From the NCBI RefSeq assembly GCF_964355755.1, contig NC_092673.1, forward strand, positions 20,581,648-20,645,647: DNA of 64,000 bases, read 5' to 3'. Numbering within the stretch: position 1 is the first letter of the stretch; every line of letters begins with the position of its first letter. Below, piece after piece: positions 25,793 to 38,498 of this stretch. The stretch is from Antedon mediterranea. Taxonomy: Eukaryota > Animalia > Echinodermata. The notes below the pieces were generated by a model. The model was not told where the DNA came from. It saw only the letters and a list, made by a program, of their open reading frames with translations, and did no database searches. Made by a program: the position numbers and the translations under genes.

Positions 25793-26648
25793 AACTAGAA
25801 CGGAACCATATTTTGTATTTACCTTGATATGTTGTTGTATATAATTATAATATAGTGTATAACTCTATACTCATAAAGAAGCTTAAAACAAAATTATTTT
25901 TTTCACTAATTTTATTGTATATAGAGACACAACGGAATTATTCGTGACTTTCGCTGGCGTTGTAGTCTTTGCATTGTACTTGAGTATCGAGAATATTAAT
26001 TAAAAACAAGATAGGCTCTTCTAAATTCTATAGTAATAATTTAATAATGTAGTAGGCCTAGCCTAACTAAGTTAAGCCTTAAGTAATTTTAAATATAATA
26101 ATTAATCATTAAATGCTTTTACATTTTATAATTTTATTATATCCATGTTGGTTTACAATAGAGACGTGACACAACACAAGGACGCATAGCGCATTTATTC
26201 GCGAACTGCCGTTTGCGTTGCGTCTACGTACGTCGTCTTTGCATTGTTTCCAAGTTTGAACCAAGCTTTATCCAGTAGAATAGAATGTACGTACCATAAT
26301 AAGATACTAAAATGAATTAAATGTTTGATTCCTAAAAATATTTATTTTATTTCTGTGTTTTATAGTTCCAATTAATAATCTTAATTAATGTTGATGGCAT
26401 TATGAGGAAGATTATTATTTATATACATATCAATTATATTGATAGAAATTATACTTATTAATATTAATAATGATGACGAATGATGAGGCGACAGAGTACA
26501 CGAGTACACTGTGCAGAGCCATTGAATATTATGGCTCTGACACATTGCAGTAGCGCCCTCTGTTTCTTTCGTTTTTGTCCCATGCTTGCATACCAACCAC
26601 CCACACATGTGTATTCCTTGTATAAAAAGTTGATTGAAATTGAAAAAG

Positions 26649-29600
26649 ATGTCAAATGACCAAATTGAAGCACTGGTAAGGAAAGGTATTTTATATGCAT
26701 GAGAAGTGGTCAGTTACCGTGCATAAGCCTAAATAATATTCAGTAACTGTAGTTAAGATAATTCGGATAACTGGCTAGGCTAGGCCTACTTACTACTACT
26801 TAATAGCTAGCTAAGCCTAAGAAGCTAGCCTAGGCCTAGCTAGTATAGTAGGGCCTCCTAAGGCTAGCTAGGCTACTAACTAGCTAGGCTAGAGTAGTAG
26901 GTAGGCTAGCCTGCGTCAACGTTGTATCACTACTACTAACTAGGGGCCTAGAGTAGAAGTCTGGGTTACGATTTTTTTTTCCGTACGAGAGTTTCTCCAT
27001 CGGTTCGTTTCGGACTCAATCGACTCTCTTCGGTATTTGGTAAAGTCAGCTCACTGATGCGTGACAACATAATACAATTTACATTTACAAACCGCAAGCT
27101 AATACAGCCTCAGGCTCTCATAATAGTAAAATGAATCTACACTAATACAAGTTTTGATGACATTAATTAACTAGGCCTACTTAGTAATTACATTAAGAAC
27201 CCAAACCAATAGCATATTAAAGATATTTAGGTCTACGACCCAATAGTAGGTCGTATCAGATATTATTTTTTGAAGTTGAACGACCTTTTGTCACGAACGA
27301 GGCTCTTTTCTTATCGTTATGGTATTGTAGATATATGACCAAAGCGGCCACGAGCGAAAGCGGCCGCCAATAGAATCTACGAAACGCCAAGTACGTCATA
27401 CAAATAGTTGGGGCAGTCACCAATGTAGCCTGCATGTCATTGTAGTACTGTATTATTAGGTTATTATTTTGGTACCGTTCTCGGGTATATTTAAAGGTCT
27501 CAACTGGTTCAGAAACAAAAAGGTGTTAATTTTAAATATTATGCCTTGAATGGACACATTATAATCATATCTCTGTATTGTATAAATGAATACAGTATAT
27601 CATATATTACGGATATAGATCACAGTATCTAGAAATCCTTTAAAAAATATTCAATATCCGACCTGTGAAAAGGAAATAAAGATAAATGCAGTAGGCCTAC
27701 TATATAATATATAACTTCTGTTATTATATAAGTTCTGTTTTATTTCTGCAGCATTCAGAGAAATGCATGCTTTTTTAGCCCATGGCTAGCCTTGCCAAGC
27801 TTGTGTAGGCCTATGCAATGTATTACGTTTGAATTTAAAATGATTATGTACAGTAGGAATTCCTATGCACAGTGTATGTTTTTTATACCTTTTAAAATAA
27901 TATTAAATTAATATTTATATTGTAAGGTAATGGAAATTTTACGTTAAAGATGTACGTATTATCCCCAATCATGAAAAATAAAGATTTCAGACTTTTAATA
28001 ATAGGCCATTTTGGAGTTTTAATTAAGTTATAGGCCTACAACTAATATTGTTGTTTATTATGTGTATATGTAATTTGGAAAATCATAAAAAATACATGCA
28101 AAGTAAAAACATTTTATTACGGTACTGACACGACTACAAATACGTTTTTAATAATAACACATTTTCCAGGAAGCTTATATGTGATACTATCATCTTATGA
28201 AGATCGGTTTTCTGTATTCCATATTCTTGATTTTATTTTTTTTATTATGGTTTCTGAAATTAATTTAAAAAAAAAAATTGTTCATTTTATTTCAACATTT
28301 CCACCGGCCAAGATATCAATATTATTAAATTAACACAAAATTAAACGCTTTATAAGCAAGCATGTGTTTCTATACATTACAACTTACAAGAATACATGTT
28401 GCTAGGCCTATAATGTATACAATTTTTCAAATGTTACACTTTAATAAAAACCTGAAGAAAATTGTAATTTTCTTGATAAAAACATCTGTTAGTGTTACTG
28501 TACATATAATTTCTAACCTACTACTTCATTTTATTAAAATAAAAAATAGTACTGTAGATAGAAATGTACTACATTGAAGCACACGTACGAAGGGCTAGGC
28601 TAGCTAGGCCTTGCTTGTGTGACGACCAACAAAGTGCTGCTGCTGTGTGTGTGTTACTGTTTGTGAATCTGATGACCTACATACATTGGTTTGTGGCTGC
28701 CTATACAGTATTATATTATTAAAATTCTAGGCCTATTATTATTACAATGATGTTCAGTACTTCTATCAATATTTATTATATTTACAGTGAGTATAGTATA
28801 CTGTAGTATGTATAAATCTGTCACTCGTGCAAAAAAGCTGCTCACGTTTTGTCTTGGGGATGCTGTCACGCATCAGTGAGAATCGGAGGCTTACCGAAGA
28901 GTCGATTGAGTCCGAAACAAACCGATGGAGGAACTCTCGTACGGAAAAAAAAATCGCGTCCGGGTCTGGCCTAACCTAGTTTCGTTGGCTTGTTTGTGGC
29001 CGGATCAACACCTTCGGCCTAAAGGTTTTTTAAATTACTGCTGGCTAAACTTGTTTTTAAAGTTGGGCTATGATGGGCTAACATTTCACAGTACTTTTGA
29101 GAATAAGTTAATAAAAAAAACGTAGGCCCTTCCTATATTTTATTAAATATTATATATAGTTTAATAATTTAAATTGTTTAATATTTACGCCGTAATATTT
29201 AAAATGTAATAATTGGTACTAGGCCTATATAATCATTATTAAATGCTTTTTTTACATTGTTTTGTATAAATTAAAGTTACGGACATTAGTTGTCCAAATA
29301 TGCATACAATAATAAGATGATCAATTACTGATTGTTTTATGCTTTTTTGTTTTACTTTTAAATCAGTCTCTAATATCAATAAAGATATATTATTTAAAGG
29401 GGTTAAAAAACAACAATTTATTTTTACTTTACATAGGGGGCTGGTGGAGCACTCGCAGCAAAAAATGCACTCTCACAGCCAGCAGAGAATTATGTCAATG
29501 ATGTAAGTACAATATGTAATGACATCCAGTTAACTAGAGTGTTCACAGAATCAATTGCCTGAGGTTAGAATGGTAACCATACATTTATGTAGGGCAACTA

Positions 29601-32600
29601 AACCTAAAAAGGCAACCTTTCTGTCCTTTTGAGTAAAAATCTTTAAAATAGTTTTATAAATAAAGGTGAAGAAATTCAGGAGGAAGGACGATAAACTAAA
29701 CAATTGGAAGGACAGCCATTCCAGGGAATTTTACGAGCACTGAGTTATACAAATCCTTATTGATATGAGATAATATGATGATTTGATTTCAACAATTTGT
29801 TTTAATTTTATAAATGTAACTTAAAAGTAAATTTGTTTATCCAATCTTTATGGGTGTGTAGCGCAGTGTGTTGGACTACGAATCGTGGGTTCGAATCCAA
29901 CTCTCGTCGCATATCCTTGGGCAAAACACTTTACTTATGTTTGCCTCTCTCCACCCAGGTGTACAAATGTGTACCTTGTATTAAGGTCAAGACACAACTT
30001 TGCACTGATTACTAGCTACATTATGCCACACTGTAGTATGTTTCCAAACATGTTTGATCCAGAAATTACCGGGGTAATAAAATATCGCTTAGAGGTTGCA
30101 AGACCTTAGGCACTTTATATTAAATCCAAGATATTATTATTATTAAAATCATTTAATTGTTTGTTGATTGATCTAAATCTTTTAGGCAAATATTGAAATG
30201 CAGTGGGCAATGAAGGCATTCAAACACGCAGAGGTCTATTACAATGTAAGTTAACAGTTAAATAGTGAACAATAGAGAGAAATGGCGAACCGACGTCTAA
30301 AATCCGAGTGGGTATAAAATCATAACAAACCGTTGAGGGAGGCACATTTCCTATGTTTATACACGTGAATCATGGAGTCGTCTAACCAATGTTGTTGCTG
30401 TAACGCATAATTCTTTTTCTATTTGTGTATTTAGTCATCCATCATTCACAATCATATTCCTAAAAATATCTCATATCTGTAGGTCTACATTAGACTAGGC
30501 CTATAGTATTATAGTAGAATGGTGTTATCAAATATTCATTACTGGCGGTAGCCCCCCTGCAGGAAGCATCACTTACACTAGCCACATAACAAAAAAATGG
30601 CAGTTGTCAAGCTGAAACTACGTCTACTAGAGATGCTCTATTTAGTCTTATAGCTAAAGTAGTAGTGGTACAGAGCTGGGTACAGTATATAACAAAAACG
30701 CGTCTTAATTCAATCCAAATTGAAATAAAATATGTTAAGATTTGCCCATATAACATTAAAATTGTTAAGGGTGTTGAAAAAAAAAAAGATACTGCTATTA
30801 TGTGTGTTTTAAACGTTCTTTTCTAACTACCTTTTTAACTCAACCCATCGGAATTTCCCATATAAAAACATGTGGCGAAATGGTTTGTTTACAATCTATA
30901 CCCACTCGGTGAAATTTGAGTGATGTCATCGCGGTTCGCCATTTCTCTCTATTATAAACTACATTCAATGGCATTTCTTAAACTTGGTCTACACTGTCAA
31001 ACTTTATTTACTAATTTACTTACAAAAAAAAAACATGATGTGCCCATGTATGGACATGATGATGTCTCATATCACTACTATATTTGGGCATACCGCCACC
31101 ATATTTGGGCATATCGCCACCATATTTGGGCACATCACATTTTGTTTGTCAAACTAGTTTGATGGTGTAGACAGAGCTTTAGATCAATTTTAACATAACT
31201 ATTTTTTCAACAGTTAATATCTTCAGTTGATTCTACAAGTCTAAAACTTACAAAACATGACGATGAAATTTTGGAGAATTTCAAGAAAGATTTTCCAGAT
31301 TTTAAAATTGATAAATTTGAAGAAGGTGACTTAAAATCAGATACTGCTAAATCTGTAAGTATTTTATCAATCAACGAGTAAAGATAGCCTGTCATTTTTG
31401 CGAACATTTTATGTCCGTATTCATATATACAGTAGATATAAGTTGAGTTATGAATAATTCCTTTTTGAATTTTTTAAAAACGATTACTTTGATTAAAACA
31501 CTACAAAAATATTAATTGTAATGTTATATATTATTCCTGAGGACTTTCAAAGCATATTGATTGAAACGTCGAGAAACTCAACAGTTCTTTTCAGAACTAA
31601 TACAGGTGGTGCACCGCAAACTTTATCAACATTTGATTTCGCCATGCAAACCAAATTCACTTAAAATATATTTATATATTTTTTTAACATAGAACTGTTA
31701 CTCTTAAATATATTTTCAAAAATTCTACTTATAGCAAATTTCATAACTCCGATTTGCTTCGTTGAAATATAACTTTTATTATTTACCTCATGTTATTATT
31801 TTTACCATTTTCCACTCATCAACATTCATTATATGTTTGATATTTTTTATCAAGCACTTTAGTTTTATCTATTTGTACAGTATATGTAATTGTAAATAAT
31901 GTTGTCATTAGAAATGGAGGCCATTTTGTAATCATTTTGATGGTACAGTGGAAGATTTCAACTATGGAACCCTTTTACGGTTAGACTGTACTAAGGACTA
32001 CTCGGAAGAGAATTCGACTTTAGGTAAATATTTTATCTCTGTTACGATTTTTATTAGCTAACAATGCTAAGGATGTCAGAATTGTGTTCTCACAGCAAAA
32101 ACAAATCAAATTGCAAGGTAAGATTGTTTTCACCTATATTAAAAATGGTAGCTTTGTTTAAAATGGACCTGAAATGGACTTTCGATTTTCAAGAAATTCA
32201 CACATGTTATTTAAATGTATCAAATTAACACAAACCCATACAAATAAAAACAAAATTTATAGTATTTTGAGTAAAAACGAAATTTTAAGATACTATTGTA
32301 AATTAGCGAAAATTACTCACGCCATTGAAATATTCTATTTCAACGGCCGTCGGGAAGCCTCTATATTCACGACGTCACATATACAGGGTCGATGATATCG
32401 AGAGCATGTATGCCGCCCGATAGTCAGTGAATGATCGACGGCCTGGAAAGATACGCGAAGCGTTGACACTAATACTAATTTATTCAATATCTGATGTTGT
32501 TGAAATATAGGTCCCTAAAATGTACTTCGTTTGTTCTAAAACCCGAATTTAGAAGGCCTACCTCCCAAACCTTTACCTAGGCCTAGGCCCCCAATCCACA

Positions 32601-33808
32601 TCATGCGGCGAGGCTCCGTTTCATGTGCATCCAAGGACCAAAGCGATATCAACAACTTGCTGCGCTCATTGTCAAGCCAAAGTAAAATATGAATAAAATT
32701 CGTTTTCGAACTGCCTGATTCGTGACAAATAAATTATCATCTCATATTACTAATTTAATTCTGCTAAACTAAAAACTAAAGAAACTAACACATTTTAGCA
32801 GTATAAATTACGAACGATATACAAAATACACGAACGGAAAATATGGATACGCATCATTGCGCACGGAGCTGTATCCCGGACAACGTTGCCAGGCCAACTT
32901 CGGTATTGCCAGAAAAAAACCGTTGATTTTAAGATTTTAAATCGTCATTTACTCGATGAATAACCGTTTATACGGTAATAATTTTATCTAAAAAAATTCT
33001 AAATACGTTTCTGCAAATGCACAAGCATTTTTTAGAAAATACCCCATAGATTTCAAGAGTTATAGCCAAAAAACTGCAAATTGTCCATTGGAGGGATAGG
33101 AATATATTCGCAAAGTGACGTCACCCGCGAATTTTTTTGATTTTCAAATGGGGCTTTCCCCAAAAGGGCCAATTTATATTTTGTAACAATATACATTCTA
33201 GCAACACCTAATAGCCCCCAAAACATCATTCTAAAATGAAAAAAATCGAAAATCCATTTCAGGTCCATTTTAACTATTTATTTTAAATGAAACAGATTTT
33301 AAAACATAGAGGACTTGTTAAAATTAATTTGGACTATTGACAGCTACTTAAAAAAAATAATGAAATTCATGTTCCATGCTTAAACTGCACTCTGAAGCTC
33401 TGTCTACACTATCAGACTAGTTCAACAAAAAAAGTTTGATTTGCCCAAATATGGTAGTGATATGCTTAAAATATGGTAGTGATACAATATTCTTAAAATG
33501 TGGTAGTGATATGCTTAAATATGGTAGTGATATGCTTAAATATGGTAGTGATATGACATCATCAGGCATCATGTCCATATATGGGCACATCACATATTTT
33601 TGTCACATATAGTACTGTAGTGTAGACAGTGCTTTTAAATTCATCATGGTTACATTGTCGTCATAGTTGCTCCTTTGCTTTTTCAGCCACAAAGATTCAG
33701 TTTTATGCGATTGAAATTGCAAGAAACAGAGCAGGTCTAAACTTAATAAATAGGAAGAAATTGGAATCAAAGCAAAATGAGATGACAAGAGAAGAAAGCA
33801 AATCATAG
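26649..33808 (+). CDS. PBDC1: Polysaccharide biosynthesis domain-containing protein 1, 6 exons, 175 aa
   Basis: Exons 26649-26675, 29437-29502, 30186-30245, 31214-31354, 31912-32023 and 33687-33808 (GT-AG). Motifs IEMQWAMKAFKHAEVY, LKLTKHDDEI, KWRPFC..F...VEDFNYGTLLRLD and KIQFYAIEIARNRAG match the PBDC1/CXorf26 family. aataaa at 33815. Exon 1 is the least certain. Confidence 0.95.
26950..28971. mobile_element. ~2-kb non-autonomous DNA transposon with ~110-bp imperfect TIRs in PBDC1 intron 1
   Basis: cgattttttttccgtacgagagtt...cggactcaatcgactct...ctcactgatgcgtgaca is mirrored at 28860-28971. No transposase ORF. Confidence 0.82.
29852..30144 (+). mobile_element. tRNA-derived SINE in PBDC1 intron 2
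   Basis: A-box-like tagcgcagtg, B box ggttcgaatcc (29888), central tccttgggcaa...ctccacccaggtgta, (att)n tail. Confidence 0.8.
30271..30953. mobile_element. Non-autonomous TIR element in PBDC1 intron 3
   Basis: aatagagagaaatggcgaaccg / cggttcgccatttctctctatt plus an inner inverted ccgagtgggtata / tatacccactcgg. Superfamily not determined. Confidence 0.8.
30981..31178. mobile_element. MITE, AGCTCTGTCTACAC family
   Basis: Same core gatgtgcccat.tatggacatgatgatgtc and right end gtgtagacagagct as 4739-4899. Confidence 0.85.
32162..33269. mobile_element. Non-autonomous Kolobok-like DNA transposon in PBDC1 intron 5
   Basis: ttaa|aatggacctgaaatgga ... tccatttcaggtccatt|ttaa: TTAA duplication with RR...YY termini. 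Confidence 0.85.
33396..33633. mobile_element. MITE, AGCTCTGTCTACAC family, with expanded internal ~21-bp tandem
   Basis: Ends agctctgtctacacta / tagtgtagacagtgct. aaatatggtagtgatatgctt repeated about five times. Confidence 0.88.
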
Positions 33809-33970
33809 CACTTGAATAAAAGACAACAAAATTTAGTAGTAATAATCATGTCACGTTTATTAAGTATACAATGTATATTTACGGTAAATCATTGATATAT
33901 CTACCTATGGCAGTAGAACCTGTTACAGGGGCGGGTCTAGGATTTTGAAATAAGGGGGCTCAGACACTTG

Positions 33971-34081
33971 AGCTCTGTCTACACTATATAAAAAAAACTG
34001 TGATGTGCCGAAATATGGTAGTGATATGACATCATCATGTCCATATATATGACCACACAAATCACAAAGTTTGATAGTGTA
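33971..34081. mobile_element. Truncated AGCTCTGTCTACAC-family MITE among other DNA-element fragments
   Basis: agctctgtctacacta...atggtagtgatatgacatcatcatgtcc...aagtttgatagtgta. Confidence 0.75.
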
Positions 34082-34500
34082 CAGTACATTTGAGCCGCAT
34101 GACCTAAAGCATGTTTATCCTTAAGTTTAAGTCGCATCGGATTTAAGGCGACACCTTCAGGACCAAACAAAGTTTCCCCTGAACAGGGGGGTACTCTGAA
34201 TAGAGGTGTGGCCTTGTGTTAGAACATATATTCTCCCTCATTCATTTAATAGCAAAGTGTCCCCTTAATACTACTGTAGTTCTTACATAATTGAAGATTA
34301 TGCATAATGAAAACCCTTATCTTTATTTATTACACCCGTTATTGCATTCGTGCAATTTTATTTGGAATTCGCTCTATCTCATGGAAAAGTGATATCTAAT
34401 GGTGATAATGAACAGTATGCCTCGTTAAAATAGAGCAGTCAATTTTTCAACTCATGAAATATTTTCAGTATTCAACTCATAAACATTAATTATTTGTATA

Positions 34501-34686
34501 CAGTCAACTCTCCCAATACCGGACACCTTTGGGCCGGCCAAATAAGTCTGGTTTTCCGGAAAGTCTGGTATTCGGAATGTGTTTTTAATGGTAAAAATAA
34601 ATTTGGGACCTTTTGGTCCTCAAAAAAAGTCTGGTATTGGGAGAGTTTCTGGTTTTCAGAGAGTCCGGTATTGGGAGAGTTGACTG
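34501..34686. mobile_element. TA-flanked Tc1/mariner-type MITE with CAG...CTG ends
   Basis: ta|cagtcaactctcccaataccggac ... gtccggtattgggagagttgactg|ta, a perfect 24-bp TIR. Confidence 0.92.
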
Positions 34687-35099
34687 TACTATTGAACTTC
34701 TTGTAGATTTCATTAGATATGATATCACTTTGATGAGCGCCCTCATTGGTTAAACGTTTATACAGTGTAATGTACAGTCTGTATAGGCCTTTTAAATGTG
34801 TATAAAATTTAAACTCCAGTAAGAAATAATGGTATAGGAAAGTATATTTGTTTAGTACAAATTATTATACAAAGAGTATGTATCATCTACATAGTATAAT
34901 TGTAGTTATATTAAAAAAAACATCCATAGCATTTATTTATGAGCACCTCTGTACATTGCTTTCATAGCACCGTGTCCGTATTGAAATCTATTCAATTAGT
35001 AAATGAAAAACAGAACTAAAAAATCATGAATATGCGCTACTAGTACTACTGGAAAAATGTGAAGTTCAAAATTGGTGGTTTCTGCATTAATGTTAACAA

Positions 35100-36317
35100 T
35101 TACAAATTTGGTTTTCCTTTTTTTGGATACGGTGAAATCAAGAAATCCCACCGATCCTCTGCTAATTCCAAATCACATGTTACAGTGTCTGTATTCGGTA
35201 AAATCTTTTCGGCTGTTGTTGACGTAGATGAGTGATGCTTGCACTCTGCACTTTCTAATGTTTTTAACCAATCACGGCAGCGCTGCTCGTTTTCCGCCAT
35301 GTACAAAATATCGTCAAATTCTGAGCCCCTTAATAATCGAATTTCATGTGGTTTACCTTCCGCCAATGGTATGACGAGATTTGATGCTTCCGGCATTTCC
35401 GATGCATCGATAACCATACTATGTGTTCTGTGGATATTCGAACGTAATCGTTTGTCTTTGGCTTCAATTCTCAACTTTGACCTATTCACTGAACTCAAAT
35501 CAAGCTTTGATCTTCCGTTATCTGGGGGTACCTCTACAACAGTGAAGTTTTGCCAAGATGGCGGCTTCGGACGATTGTTGGGATATCTTTCTTTGCTATT
35601 CTCCTTTCTCCTTGTTTTCGATTTTTCTGGAGTTTTTTCTCGATGTTTCGAAGATCTTTCATTTTGGTTGGCATCGTACAGTTCATTATCGTTAACTTTG
35701 CGGGGTTGATGCGCATCCCGTTTGCATTTTGATGTATCGAAAGTTTTTCCCATTGTCTGTTTAGCACACTTTCTAAAGTTATCTCCAGTTGTTGGCACAC
35801 ATACCTTCAACCTATCGCTTTGCTGTAAAGATGGCCACGAATACGAATGTTTTATAAGCCTAACATTTACCTTATCGTCTTCCTGGTACTCGTTTAAATA
35901 CGGTAAACTGCTAAATTCATTTCTACCATTGAAGTTTGTAATGCGATATCTATCAAAGATCTTTGTGAATTCATAAAATCGTTTTAGATTTTTCAGTTTT
36001 GCACGATCACGTCCTGAAGTCGTCTTTGGAGTCGATGGAACGCGCTTTTTGTCGTCTCTCTGTATATGCCTTGCGTGTTTATTTCTATACACGTTGTTAG
36101 ACGACAACAAACGTTCGTTTTCTTTCGTAGTAGGCCTACCTGCAATTGGATCAAGCCTGTTCTTTGATGATTTACGTGGCAACTGTTGACCGTATGTTTC
36201 ATCCGGTGACCGTACGGTTATTTTGTCGAACTGCGTTACCAGATTTTTAGTCGGTATTTTGCCGATTCTAGTTAGGTCCTTGCATGCACTGTTCTTCGCA
36301 ACACGCCGAACACTCAT
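35100..36317 (-). CDS. Uncharacterised 405-aa K/R-rich protein with a PRR18-like C-terminal motif
   Basis: The only long ORF in the window, with a higher-GC coding-like composition. Minus-strand acceptor tattctag|g at 36367/36366 just upstream of the ATG. Convergent with PBDC1. Confidence 0.85.
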   Translation of the reverse strand: MSVRRVAKNSACKDLTRIGKIPTKNLVTQFDKITVRSPDETYGQQLPRKSSKNRLDPIAGRPTTKENERLLSSNNVYRNKHARHIQRDDKKRVPSTPKTTSGRDRAKLKNLKRFYEFTKIFDRYRITNFNGRNEFSSLPYLNEYQEDDKVNVRLIKHSYSWPSLQQSDRLKVCVPTTGDNFRKCAKQTMGKTFDTSKCKRDAHQPRKVNDNELYDANQNERSSKHREKTPEKSKTRRKENSKERYPNNRPKPPSWQNFTVVEVPPDNGRSKLDLSSVNRSKLRIEAKDKRLRSNIHRTHSMVIDASEMPEASNLVIPLAEGKPHEIRLLRGSEFDDILYMAENEQRCRDWLKTLESAECKHHSSTSTTAEKILPNTDTVTCDLELAEDRWDFLISPYPKKGKPNL

Positions 36318-38044
36318 ATCTTTTCAGCCTACTATCGGAACAACAATCCAATCTTGCGATTCATTCCTAGAATAAACAAGAATAAACCCTCAATATCGGA
36401 ATACATATAAAGCTTACAATTAACAATATAGCTTCAATTATCCACCTAAACCACTAGACAATGCTCACTGTACACGTGTTTTGTGTTATTTATACCGTAC
36501 ACAATGGGCTTTACGTGAAAAGTACTTTAATGCTTGTTGAAATATAAAGAAAGAAAGCCTTGGCGGATCTCGCCACATTTTTTTCAAACAAATAATGGAT
36601 TTATTTATTATTTTCATCCGTTCCATAGCATTAACATTCAACAGGTAAATAACAGTTTATAAAAGATCATCCTGAAATGGTTTGCTGTGTGAAAAATACT
36701 TTAAACAAGCTGATGAGGTCTTAAACATGTTAAAGTGTATCCAGGAATGTGGAAGTGGTTGTTTAAGCAAAGTCATAACAGTTAAATGTATATAAAAATG
36801 ACAAATTAAATATGATGATGCTAATAAAAATCAATTTATTCCATCAAGGAAAAATACAAAATTAAGCTCTAATAGAAAAAAAAAATTATACTGGTACAGG
36901 CCTAAACATAATATATTATAAATATCTTATTATACAAATCAGGCAAATTACTGAAAAATGACAATGCTCTGGGTATCAGTGGCTGGATCTCAATGGAGAT
37001 ACAAAATCATAAGCAAAAACCTAAATCAAATCGATCGGATAAAGTAAAACTTTCGTGCATCAGTTATTATTATTATTTATTCAGGCAAAAGATACATTTT
37101 ACAAAATATAATACAAATCAACAAATTAAACAAACACAACGCAAGAAGAAAATATAAAATCAGTCACTAGCTGCCAGGAAAGCACAAAAGCAGCCTAGGC
37201 CACTGTCACCAATTAGGTGTGTACCTCCAACAAGTGACATGTTCGTGTTATTATTTATTATTATTATTTATTTAGGCAAAAGATACATTAGTTTATATAT
37301 TTTAAAAATATGTTATTGCAACAAAATTGTTACCTAATTCTTTGTTACATAAAATACGGTATCGGAAATGGAACAGATTTACGTGCCCCGAAACCAAAAA
37401 CGACCTGAATTTACTATAAGAAATCCAACCGTAGCTCCAGGTGCACCTTCGGCTCCACTCAAAATGCTGACCCTGCTGCCTACGCCTATTAAAACTATTA
37501 CTTGTTGCTGTTGGTTAATCAACTCTTCTTATGTCTGGTGTCAAACGCTTGACCGTTTTTTTTGTGGACTAAATTGAAGATTATTTATCTTATATAGTAC
37601 TTGAATTAGATGACAGAGGACACTTAAAGTTAAAATGTATTATACAGTACTTGGAATTTCTGTATCTTACCGATGACGTAACGACTAACGTCAATCATCA
37701 AAATTACTTACCGGGGATTTGTAAATACTGCAACCATGGCTCCCTGGTTATACCAAAAATGTGTACGTACCACTGTCGACGCAACGCAAGGACAACGTCA
37801 TACTCGCAACACAATTACGCAAGTTGAGTAGACCAATAACAGGCGACAATTCCGATGACCGCGTCCTGTCGTCAAATGACTTGCGTTGATGTTGTGTTTT
37901 TTTTATATACATACGGTACATTGTCGTCGTAGTAAAATATTTTGTTGTAATAATCGATTAAATCTCATTGTACTGAAAATACATTTTTATAGAATACTAA
38001 AATAGTTATCTGGCAGGTGGCCAACAAAATAAACAAAAGTATAA

Positions 38045-38236
38045 AATCCAATTTACACAGACGAGCGATAATAACGATAATAAAAATATAGAATATATTC
38101 CTTTTGACCACTTCACACAACGCGGAGAAGCGGTCGACTGGGCGGTTCCGCTCAGGATAGATACAGATTCCACGTGGGACATTCACAAGCTACACGGTTT
38201 CCGCTTACAGTTTACCGCTCCTGTGTAAATTGGCCT
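38045..38236. mobile_element. MITE, AGGCCAATTTACAC family, third copy
   Basis: ccaatttacacagacgagcg ... ctgtgtaaattggcct|tta. Confidence 0.8.
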
Positions 38237-38498
38237 TTATAGAAAAATCACACTGTAATTCTCGTGCCAACGTGCTAAACTGGAACAGTGCCATTTTGCT
38301 TTCCCTTGGGTGCGTGGGTAGTCAATTGCTGATAGGCCTACTACCCCAGGACCGTATGTAGTGCGATTTTCAGCTAAAATCGCTAACGGAAATTCAACTT
38401 CAAGAATAATCTTAACCTCGATAGATCGATGCTTCTAAATTAACAAATTCACACACTTTTATTTTCTGAGAACTATACCACCCACCTGGTTTGATAAA

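Noticed and set aside
26469-26540. Box C/D snoRNA (ATGATGA ... CTGA)
   Set aside because: No terminal stem or recognisable guide, intergenic position, and the CTGA is part of a DNA palindrome.
35239-36202. Overlapping ORFs in other frames and on the opposite strand of the 405-aa gene
   Set aside because: Shadow ORFs expected from a less AT-rich coding exon.
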